From NCBI GenBank assembly GCA_965214635.1, contig OZ243964.1, forward strand, positions 1,299,696-1,363,695: a DNA stretch of 64,000 bases, given 5' to 3'. Position 1 is the first letter of the stretch; every line of letters begins with the position of its first letter. Below, one piece after another: positions 56,614 through 64,000 of this stretch. The stretch is from Dehalococcoidia bacterium (GTDB lineage: Bacteria; Chloroflexota; Dehalococcoidia; Lucifugimonadales; JADFKI01). The position numbers were made by a program, and so were the translations under genes. The notes under the pieces are model-generated. The model ran no database searches. It was not told the origin of the DNA and saw only the letters and a list, made by a program, of their open reading frames with translations.

Positions 56614-57588
56614 ATGAGCAGATTTCCGCAGATGCGCCTCCGCAGAATGAGGGAAGCCGCCGCGCTGAGAAGCCTCGCGCAAGAGACCCGCATCTCTGTG
56701 AGCGACTTCATATATCCTATCTTCGTTACGCACGGGCGCAATGTCCAAAACCCCATCGACCCGATGCCGGGAATGTACCAACTCTCGCTGGACAACCTCA
56801 TATCGGAAGTGGGCGAAGTGGACGCACTGGGCATCGGCGCTGTGCTGCTGTTCGGATTGCCGGCGCACAAGGACGCTGAGGGCACGGAAGCATATCACCC
56901 CAACGGGATTGTGCAGGAAGCCATCCGCACCATCAAGCAGACAGCGCCTGATATGCTGGTTATTGCAGATGTGTGTCTAGACGAATTCACAGACCACGGG
57001 CATTGCGGGATAATCCGCAACGGGACGGTGGACAACGACGCCACGCTGGAACTGCTGGCGCGAATGGCGGTGTGCCAAGCTGAGGCGGGCGTGGACATGG
57101 TGGCTCCGTCGGCGATGATGGATGGGCAGGTGGCTGCGATACGCAGCGCATTGGACAGCGCCGACTTCGAGCATCTGCCGATTATGGCGTACTCGGCGAA
57201 GTATGCGTCTTCGTTCTACGGGCCGTTTCGGGTGGCAGCGGATTCAGCCCCGCAGTTTGGCGACAGGCGCGGCTATCAGATGGACATCGCCAACTCGCGC
57301 GAGGCGATGCGCGAAATCCGCATGGACATAGACGAGGGCGCAGACATCATCATGGTCAAGCCGGCGCTGTCGTACTTGGATGTGATAGCGGCTGCGCGCA
57401 AAGAGTTTGGCTATCCTATGGCGGCGTACAATGTCAGCGGAGAGTACTCCATGGTCAAGGCGGCGGCGGAGAACGAGTGGATAGACGGCCAGCGCATCAC
57501 GCTCGAGATACTCACATCCATCAAGCGCGCCGGCGCAGACATGATAATCAGCTACCACGCCAAAGAAGCCGCACGCTGGCTCGCATGA
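56614..57588 (+). CDS. hemB: porphobilinogen synthase (ALA dehydratase)
   Basis: Track ORF 56557..57588, trimmed to ATG 56614 (AGGAGAG 9 nt upstream; N-terminus MSRFPQMRLRRMR is typical). Active-site IIMVKPA, and metal motif DVCLDEFTDHGHCG. Confidence 0.92.
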   Translation: MSRFPQMRLRRMREAAALRSLAQETRISVSDFIYPIFVTHGRNVQNPIDPMPGMYQLSLDNLISEVGEVDALGIGAVLLFGLPAHKDAEGTEAYHPNGIVQEAIRTIKQTAPDMLVIADVCLDEFTDHGHCGIIRNGTVDNDATLELLARMAVCQAEAGVDMVAPSAMMDGQVAAIRSALDSADFEHLPIMAYSAKYASSFYGPFRVAADSAPQFGDRRGYQMDIANSREAMREIRMDIDEGADIIMVKPALSYLDVIAAARKEFGYPMAAYNVSGEYSMVKAAAENEWIDGQRITLEILTSIKRAGADMIISYHAKEAARWLA

Positions 57589-57680
57589 CGCATCAATTGG
57601 GGATTAGGAGTTGAGGGTCGGCGCTCGGTGGCGGCGTCTCATTCCTAAACGCCCAAGCAGCGGCTGAGAACCGTCGGCTG

Positions 57681-58184
57681 TCAGCGTCTCAAAAACCCCC
57701 ATCGCAGGGGCGGCCATATGCGGCATACCGCCCTGCCTGTTATCTGCTCGCGCCGCAGGGGGCCATATGCGCGGCTGTCCGTGCTATGGGCGCGGTTGTC
57801 GCCCATGACGAAGTACTCGCCGTCGCCCAGCGCCCAGGATGCGGCGTCCGAGCCGATGTGTGCGGGCAAGCCGCGCAGGTATCGTTCGCGCAGCCGTTCG
57901 CCGTCTATGAGAAGCATGCCGTCGCGCAGGTCAATGCGCTCTCCCGGCAGCGCCACGATGCGCTTCATCGCCTCGTGCTCGGCTTGCTCCGTCTGCTCGC
58001 CCCGATGATTCACTACGACCACATCGCCCCGCGACGGCACACGCTTGGATGTGGCTGCAGTCCGCACTAGCACAAGGTCGCCCGACCTCAGCGTCGGCAG
58101 CATGCTCTCGCCCCGCACGCCGTAGAGCAGAAATCTGGGGTGTCGTTCGGTTTCGATGCTCATTTTAGGAACTAGAAATCGCAA
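57681..58184 (-). CDS. S26-family signal peptidase I-like serine protease, no obvious membrane anchor
   Basis: 167 aa (TTG 58184; alternative ATG 58163). Ser box GESMLPTL, Lys box KRIVALPGE, and GDNRAHSTDSR. No hydrophobic N-terminal helix visible. Confidence 0.8.
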   Translation of the reverse strand: MRFLVPKMSIETERHPRFLLYGVRGESMLPTLRSGDLVLVRTAATSKRVPSRGDVVVVNHRGEQTEQAEHEAMKRIVALPGERIDLRDGMLLIDGERLRERYLRGLPAHIGSDAASWALGDGEYFVMGDNRAHSTDSRAYGPLRREQITGRAVCRIWPPLRWGFLRR

Positions 58185-58248
58185 TCTGTCGGGCTAGACA
58201 AGGCTAGCTCGCTGACAATACTGAGCCACAAAGGTGTAGGGTATTCTA

Positions 58249-58629
58249 TCAGCTATGCGCTTTTGGTGGTGCACCTTCCAGAAACTGCGTCCGAACGAAC
58301 GGGTCTTTGGCAGGAAACATCCCGATAATCACGGCAGGGCTGTCCCCAATCGCCGTGAACCCGTGCGGCACATTCGGGGGCACGACGATGGTGTGGTCTG
58401 CGCCCACTTCATGGGTCTCATCTCCGTAGCGGACGCTCAGTGTGCCGCTCAGCACGACTATCAGCTCATCGTCTTCGTGCGTGTGCAGCGGCGCTCCCGT
58501 ACCGACCCCAACTTCGCTGATAGATGCGTCCGTCGATGTTGTGCCGTCCCCATCCTGCGTGATTAGCCACTTGCGGTAGTTTGGTCTCCAAGGGACTTCC
58601 GGGGCGTTGTTGTGATTGACGATTGGCAT
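58249..58629 (-). CDS. cupin-domain protein
   Basis: Track ORF 58249..58671, trimmed to ATG 58629 (AGGAG 6 nt upstream; avoids overlap with the pfkB-like gene). Cupin motif 1 GAPLHTHEDDELIVVLSG, motif 2 VPPNVPHGF. Confidence 0.75.
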   Translation of the reverse strand: MPIVNHNNAPEVPWRPNYRKWLITQDGDGTTSTDASISEVGVGTGAPLHTHEDDELIVVLSGTLSVRYGDETHEVGADHTIVVPPNVPHGFTAIGDSPAVIIGMFPAKDPFVRTQFLEGAPPKAHS

Positions 58630-58645
58630 GTTCATCTCCTGTGCG

Positions 58646-59638
58646 TTAGATGCTGGGAAGGCGGTGAACACTCAGATTCGCCGCAAGTTCATCGCTGGTT
58701 GGCGGGTCGGCGCCGGTGCGAGTGCATGTGAGTGCCGCAGCGCGATTGGCGTAAGCAAGCGCATGGGCGAGTGTGTCGGCGCTCAGGGTGCGTATGGATT
58801 GGGTTTGGAGCGCTCCCATGCGGTCGAGATATGCCAGCAGCGCCGACATAAACGCATCGCCCGCGCCCACGGTGTCGGCGACGCTGACCGCTTCGCCTGA
58901 TATGCGAACCGCGGCCCCGTCTGCAAACGCCATTGCGCCGTCTGCACCGAGCGTAATCACGACTAACAGCGGCTTCTTGCCCTCCGTTTCTGCTGTTTCC
59001 GCTGCGCCAATGCCGCCCAGCCAGCGCAGCGCCACATCCTGTGGGCTATACCCCGGATACAACCAAGCCAAGTCTTCTGCGCTCGCCTTGACTATATGCG
59101 TGAAGGGTAGCAGCGTCTCTATGCGGCGGGCGTATGCCTCGCGCTGCGGGAAGAGCATCGGGCGCACATTCGGGTCCATCGTGATGAGCCGTCGTGTGTG
59201 TTCGCGGCGTATCAGCGTCTCGTAGGTTTGGGCGCTGCTGCCTAATACGAGCGAGCACGAGCCGAAATGCAGTGCCGCATCGTCGGGTAAGGTGTCGGGC
59301 AGGTCTTCGGGGCGCATGCTTTGGTCTGCCGTGTTTGCGCCGTAGAATGCGAAGTCATGTGTTCCGTCGGTGTTGGGGACGACGAATGCGAGCGCCGTGG
59401 GTTCGCTGCCGCGCACCGCCCATTGCAGACGAACGCCCTCGTCCGCAATCTTGTCGTACAGGGCGTCTCCGAATGCGTCGCGGGACAGCTTGCCCACGAA
59501 CGCCGTGCAGACGCCGAGCCGCGCCAGCCCAATGGCGACATTGCAGGGTGAGCCACCGAACCGCTGCACGAACGCAGGTGCTCCGTCAACGGTTGTTGGC
59601 GTGAAGTCGATTAGTGCCTCTCCGCATACTACAATCAC
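58646..59638 (-). CDS. PfkB-family carbohydrate kinase (fructokinase-like)
   Basis: 330 aa. N-terminus VVCGEALIDF...GGSPCNVAIGLARLG, and the C-terminal ATP/anion-hole motif DTVGAGDAF. Confidence 0.85.
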   Translation of the reverse strand: MIVVCGEALIDFTPTTVDGAPAFVQRFGGSPCNVAIGLARLGVCTAFVGKLSRDAFGDALYDKIADEGVRLQWAVRGSEPTALAFVVPNTDGTHDFAFYGANTADQSMRPEDLPDTLPDDAALHFGSCSLVLGSSAQTYETLIRREHTRRLITMDPNVRPMLFPQREAYARRIETLLPFTHIVKASAEDLAWLYPGYSPQDVALRWLGGIGAAETAETEGKKPLLVVITLGADGAMAFADGAAVRISGEAVSVADTVGAGDAFMSALLAYLDRMGALQTQSIRTLSADTLAHALAYANRAAALTCTRTGADPPTSDELAANLSVHRLPSI

Positions 59639-59682
59639 GGCGCATACCGCCTTTCGGCGTGGGCATTAGGCGGACGGGGCGT

Positions 59683-60576
59683 TTATATCTGCCGCAAGCG
59701 CGGGTCGAAGTAGTCGCGCAGCCAGTCGCCCAGGAAGTTGAGCGACACCACGATGAGCGCGATAGCAACGCCCGGAATGACCGCGATCCACCATGCGGAG
59801 TCGATGTAGTTTCTGCCGAACGCTACCATGCTACCCCACGCTGGCCTAGGCGGTGGTATGCCGACGCCCAGGAAACTGAGTGTGGCTTCGGTCAGAATAA
59901 TCTGGCCTGTGCCCAGCGTGGCGACGACGATGAGCGTGTTGGTTACGCCCGGGAGCAGGTGCAGAAATATGATGCGCCGGGATGATGCGCCTGCAACCCT
60001 AGCAAGCGCCACATAGTCCATCTCCTTGAGCTGGAGCACCTCGCCCCTGATTTGGCGCGCAGTGGTTCCCCAAGAGAACAGCGCGATGATAATCAGAAGT
60101 GTGGTGAAGCTTGCACCGAACACGCCTACCACCACAAGCGCCGCTAGAATGAAGGGAAGGGCGTTCTGCAAGTCAACGAGGCGCATTAACATCTCGTCGA
60201 TGTGCCCCCCGAAATAGCCCGATATTGCGCCTATGACAGCGCCCAGCGCCACGCTGAGCAGCATCGTTACGGCAGCGAAACTTATGGAAACCCGCGCGCC
60301 GTGAATTATGCGGCTGAATATGTCCCGCCCTTGGTTGTCCGTCCCGAAGAGGTGCTCGGTTGTTCCGCCGAAACCTAGCGGCGGTTTGCTGCGCGCCCTC
60401 AAGTCACCCTTAACCGGATCGTATGGCGAAATGACAGGCGCTGCAATGGCCGCAAACACAAGCACGAACAGTATCAGCGCAGGGATATACGGCCATCTGC
60501 GAAATTTCGTATAAGCCCTCGATATGAGCGAGGGCTTAACATCTTGCAGCAGTAGTTCACCGCGGTCGAGTTGCAT
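59683..60576 (-). CDS. ABC transporter permease (DppC/OppC-like)
   Basis: 297 aa. LFGTDNQGRDIFSRIIHG, and the EAA loop YVALARVAGASSRRIIFLHLLP. Confidence 0.9.
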   Translation of the reverse strand: MQLDRGELLLQDVKPSLISRAYTKFRRWPYIPALILFVLVFAAIAAPVISPYDPVKGDLRARSKPPLGFGGTTEHLFGTDNQGRDIFSRIIHGARVSISFAAVTMLLSVALGAVIGAISGYFGGHIDEMLMRLVDLQNALPFILAALVVVGVFGASFTTLLIIIALFSWGTTARQIRGEVLQLKEMDYVALARVAGASSRRIIFLHLLPGVTNTLIVVATLGTGQIILTEATLSFLGVGIPPPRPAWGSMVAFGRNYIDSAWWIAVIPGVAIALIVVSLNFLGDWLRDYFDPRLRQI

Positions 60577-60597
60577 AATCGGTCTATGTGTATCGGT

Positions 60598-61533
60598 CTA
60601 TGTGTATCTTATGCGTGGGTCAACAAGCGCGTAAATCATATCAAGAATGAATGCGAAAACCACATACATTGCGGCGAAGAACAGCACCGAGCCTTGCAGA
60701 ACGGGGAAATCGTTGGCATACACCGCTTGCAGGGCGAGCCGTCCGAGGCCGGGCAGTGCGTAGATGGTCTCCGTGAGCACGGTGCCGGTGGCGAAGCCGG
60801 CAAGCAGCAGCCCGCCGTATGTCAGCGGCGCTATCAGGGCGTTGCGGAAGGCGTGTTTCCACACGAGTGTGAACTTGTCCACGCCTTTGGCTCTTGCGAG
60901 CTTCACAAACTCCGAGTCCATCACATCTAGCATTGCGGAGCGCGTCAGGCGCAAGAACCCCGCAGAGCCGAACCAGCCCAAGATGACGCTAGGCATAATG
61001 TAGTGGGAGAAGCCGCCCTGTCCCGCCGCAGGGAGCAGCTCAAGCCTAACCGAAAAGATGAGGATGAGGACGATTGCCAGCCAAAATGCGGGCACAGACT
61101 GCCCTAGCACCGCCATCGTTCTGCCCATGTAGTCCCAGAAGCTGCTCCTGTACACGCCAGACAGCACGCCCAAGGGGATGCCGAGCAGCACGGCGAACAC
61201 GAACCCGCCGCCTGTGAGTTTAAGCGTAAGGGGCAGCCTGTCGGTTACGGCTGTCCACACGGGGATGCCGGTGTCGATGGACTCGCCCCAGTCGCCAAGC
61301 AGAACATCTCGAAGCCAGTAAAGGTACTGCAATGGCAGCGGCTTGTCCAGCCCCAGCTTTCTTCCCCAAGCCTCCCATACCTCTGGACCGACATGCGAGA
61401 AGGCGTTCAAATACAGGAGGCGCGGGTCTCCCGACATTCGCGACAGGGCGAACACGATAATCGTAGCGAGGATAATCGTAACTAGTGAATAAGCGACTCT
61501 TCGCAGCAGAAATCGCGCCATAGCCTCTCGCAT
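60598..61533 (-). CDS. ABC transporter permease (DppB/OppB-like)
   Basis: 311 aa (alternative start ATG 61521, MARFLLRR). EAA loop FVKLARAKGVDKFTLVWKHAFRNAL. Confidence 0.9.
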   Translation of the reverse strand: MREAMARFLLRRVAYSLVTIILATIIVFALSRMSGDPRLLYLNAFSHVGPEVWEAWGRKLGLDKPLPLQYLYWLRDVLLGDWGESIDTGIPVWTAVTDRLPLTLKLTGGGFVFAVLLGIPLGVLSGVYRSSFWDYMGRTMAVLGQSVPAFWLAIVLILIFSVRLELLPAAGQGGFSHYIMPSVILGWFGSAGFLRLTRSAMLDVMDSEFVKLARAKGVDKFTLVWKHAFRNALIAPLTYGGLLLAGFATGTVLTETIYALPGLGRLALQAVYANDFPVLQGSVLFFAAMYVVFAFILDMIYALVDPRIRYT

Positions 61534-61655
61534 TCACAGCGGGTTCAGGTGGTCGGTCTCAATAGTATCCCCCGACAGGATGGGGGGAGCAGGTGTGTGG
61601 TTTCGCGATTGGGGGATGGGCGCTATCGCGAAACAGCGCCCATCCGGTAAGTGGG

Positions 61656-63485
61656 TTACTGCTTGATGGTTATGGTCTCTAGGTTGTTGAACAGGCCGGT
61701 TATTTCCATCTGCCAGCCTTCCACGAAGTTAGGGTTCACCCAGACGGGGTTGTCGGCGTGGACGACGCCTGTGGAGAGCATCCAGTGATACAGGAACTCG
61801 CCCTCTTCGAGGTTTGCTTCAACGCGCGCTGTTCTGTCGAGTGGATTCGCTTCAACTTTGTTCACGCCTTCCATGACCTCTATGACCTCGAAGCCGGGGT
61901 TCCAGTCGCCTTCACCGATGGTGGAGCCTTCGCGAGCGGCTAGGCGCGGCTGGTCCATCAGCAGTAGCGGGCCGCCGCAGCCGGGCCAAGCGCAGCACGA
62001 TGTCAGCCCGTTCCACTCGCGGTCAACGAGGCGCGGTCTGAACGCCTGATAAGCGGTGCTGTCAACTGTTACATCCAGCCCCAAGTTAATCCACATCGTG
62101 GCTACTGCGTCGAACACCTCGAAGTTCACATTCGGAAGCTGCTGCACATAGATTTGGAACGCGGGGAAGGATTCCACCGGGTTGCCGCTCTGTTCCAGCA
62201 TCGCTACCGCGCCGTCCGGGTCATATGGGATTACCCAGTGGTCGGGATGCTCTGGCAGCGAGCTGGAGTAGAAGTTGACATACTCGGGGAAGCCGTTGCC
62301 TAGTAGCACCTCTTCCACGATGAGGTCGCGGTCAATCGCCATCGAGAGGGCGTGGCGCACTAGGCGCGCCGACTCCATGCGCTCCGGGTCTTTGGGGTCG
62401 CCAATCCATGGGTGATCTTCGTCCGGCTCGAAGCCCGGGCGTGGTGTAACAGCCTGACCGTCCCTGCCCTTGTTGTCGTTGGGCGGGTACTCGAACATCC
62501 AGAAATTGCCGCTGTAAGTAACAGCCTGCGTTGCGCCGCCCAAATTGTCGCTATTAGGCTCCATCCCTGACTCGAGCAAGTCCGGCAGGAAGCTGAATGG
62601 CACCGGGTCTATGATGTGCACAGCGTCGGTCTTGATGAGCGCAACGCGCGTGGAGTCTTCGGGAATCTCTTTGACGCTGAGCATGTCGAACGATGCGGGC
62701 TGATCCCAGTAGTCTTGGAAAGTGCTGCCAACAAACTCATCGTTGGGCGTCCAGCTTTCCATCTGGAATGGGCCAGTGCCTATGGGGTTCTGGAACGCAT
62801 GGTCGCGCCCCATTTCGTTGATGTACTTGCTGCTGTACACGAAGACCAGCCCGATTATGGCGCCCTCGTATTCGGAGGTGAAGCTCTTGAGCGGGAACTC
62901 CACTGTGTGGGAGTCGACGATCACATGAGGCTCTTGGTATTCGTGCAGGTATCCCACATTCCCGAACACAGATTCTTGGTTCTCCACGCCTGCATCGCCG
63001 AAGCTCCACTTGACATCTTCGGCGGTCATCTCACCCCAATCGTGGTGGAACTGGACGCCCTCGCGCAGGTTCACGGTTATCTTGGAGAGGTCGGGAGCGA
63101 CATCGTAGGATTCTGCTAGATGCGGGTAGAAAAGCAGGTCTTTTGCCTTGCGCTCGGTGAGGTTCTCCATCAAGCCGATGAGGCCGGGGATGGTGTCGCC
63201 GGTGCCGCCCGATGCTTGGCTTGGCAAGCCCTGAGCGTTGCCTAGCGTTCGCATTGCGACTTTGAGAGTGCCGCCGCCTGAGGGCGCGGCTGCTGGTGGC
63301 GAAGTGGGTGCTGGGGCTGAGGTTGCGGCGGCTGATGCAGGTTGGCTCGCCGGCTGCGCAGGTGCGGTCGTGGGCGCAGCTTGCTCTGGGGTTTGCTCCG
63401 GTTCTGCCGCTCCGCATGCGGCTACAAGCAGTGCCAAAATCGCCATTGCACTCAAGAGCATAAGCATATGTGGGACGCGTTTCAT
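61656..63485 (-). CDS. ABC transporter substrate-binding lipoprotein, family 5
   Basis: 609 aa. Lipobox LLVAAC-GA, an Ala/Pro/Thr/Ser-rich linker, then the family-5 SBP core. Confidence 0.9.
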   Translation of the reverse strand: MKRVPHMLMLLSAMAILALLVAACGAAEPEQTPEQAAPTTAPAQPASQPASAAATSAPAPTSPPAAAPSGGGTLKVAMRTLGNAQGLPSQASGGTGDTIPGLIGLMENLTERKAKDLLFYPHLAESYDVAPDLSKITVNLREGVQFHHDWGEMTAEDVKWSFGDAGVENQESVFGNVGYLHEYQEPHVIVDSHTVEFPLKSFTSEYEGAIIGLVFVYSSKYINEMGRDHAFQNPIGTGPFQMESWTPNDEFVGSTFQDYWDQPASFDMLSVKEIPEDSTRVALIKTDAVHIIDPVPFSFLPDLLESGMEPNSDNLGGATQAVTYSGNFWMFEYPPNDNKGRDGQAVTPRPGFEPDEDHPWIGDPKDPERMESARLVRHALSMAIDRDLIVEEVLLGNGFPEYVNFYSSSLPEHPDHWVIPYDPDGAVAMLEQSGNPVESFPAFQIYVQQLPNVNFEVFDAVATMWINLGLDVTVDSTAYQAFRPRLVDREWNGLTSCCAWPGCGGPLLLMDQPRLAAREGSTIGEGDWNPGFEVIEVMEGVNKVEANPLDRTARVEANLEEGEFLYHWMLSTGVVHADNPVWVNPNFVEGWQMEITGLFNNLETITIKQ

Positions 63486-63729
63486 CCATTCACCTCTCTT
63501 TTTAATGCCGTCTCAGCTAGCCTGTAGTCGAATATTCACATAAATATCGTCTATTTCTAGTACTAGGCGCTATTAAATCATTAGTTTGTACGATAGTCAA
63601 TATTGAGATTGTTAATTTTTATGAACAGACAGCGAGCAGTTACCGTCCGTCCGGATGGCGGTGGGGGATAAGCCTTTGGCTTTTGCGATGTCGGCGCGTT
63701 TGGACAGAGCGCAGGCTCGTTTAGTGCGC

Positions 63730-64000
63730 CTAGTGCGCCACACGAAAGATGTGCGACTGACGGTAGCCGGTGACCACGCTGATGTAGCCGCTGAGGGCGG
63801 CGTCGAGGGACGGGTCGCCGGTGTCCACGAGCAGAGGCTTGCCGTGCAGTTGGCGAAGCTTGTGCGGTGTGGCAGCGACGATGATGTTGTCCTGCCCGAC
63901 TTGGCGAATCAGTCGGGGGCTGAGCTGCTGGTTGCCGCGCCCGAGTATGCAGCCTTGCCCGCCGATGGCGGTTACGATTATCTTGGCGGGCGTGTCTGCG
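63730..64000 (-). CDS. ATP-NAD kinase-like family protein (COG3199-type), C-terminal fragment cut by the window edge
   Basis: Not in the ORF track (open at the edge). My manual reverse translation gives ...IIVTAIGGQGCILGRGNQQLSPRLIRQVGQDNIIVAATPHKLRQLHGKPLLVDTGDPSLDAALSGYISVVTGYRQSHIFRVAH*. The GGQG-x-(I/L)-x-GRGNQQ(L/I)SP block matches my memory of this family. Confidence 0.6.
   Translation of the reverse strand, partial: ADTPAKIIVTAIGGQGCILGRGNQQLSPRLIRQVGQDNIIVAATPHKLRQLHGKPLLVDTGDPSLDAALSGYISVVTGYRQSHIFRVAH

Noticed and set aside
1-64000. Looked for CRISPR arrays, rRNA/tRNA genes, transposases, integrases, and retron or reverse-transcriptase signatures.
   Set aside because: No regularly spaced repeats, no tRNA-like T-arm (GGTTCGAATCC-type) in the intergenic regions, and no DDE/tyrosine/serine recombinase or RT motifs in any ORF of the track. 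A proper tRNAscan/Infernal run is still needed.

Overview
High-GC bacterial chromosomal segment with about 55 protein-coding genes. I saw no rRNA, tRNA, CRISPR array, transposase or integrase. The many long antisense ORFs in the track are high-GC shadow frames.

Backbone genes:
- Housekeeping: tilS, recX, aroA, prfB (with the classic programmed +1 frameshift), otsA, rplY, eno, priA and rplS.
- NAD salvage: pncA plus a nicotinate phosphoribosyltransferase (PRTase)-family gene.
- Two family-5 SBP + 2-permease ABC importer loci, neither with an adjacent ATPase gene.
- Four CaiB/BaiF family III CoA-transferase paralogs.
- An F420 block (cofD, cofC, LLM oxidoreductase) running into crotonase, CoA-transferase, alpha/beta-hydrolase, HemL-like aminotransferase and SDR genes.
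- A nitrate-assimilation operon (nasA-nirB-nirD-narK).
- Divergent from it, a siroheme/tetrapyrrole cluster: fused AhbA/B-like siroheme decarboxylase, SirC-like gene, hemC, cobA-hemD and hemB.

Accessory content is two restriction-modification (R-M) modules that bracket eno:
- A visibly lower-GC Type II pair at 23.8-25.8 kb: a Dam-like alpha-class adenine methyltransferase plus an EcoRI-family endonuclease.
- A Type III-like pair at 27.5-33.3 kb in res->mod order.

The most unusual signal is inside the mod gene. About 117 bp (31737-31853) form three abutting strong hairpins built from four CCAWTGG motifs, kept in-frame, at the end of a Cys/His-rich segment.

The gene content (CoA-transferase, LLM, enolase-superfamily and SDR paralogs) is reminiscent of marine Chloroflexota of the SAR202 type. 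That is inference only.
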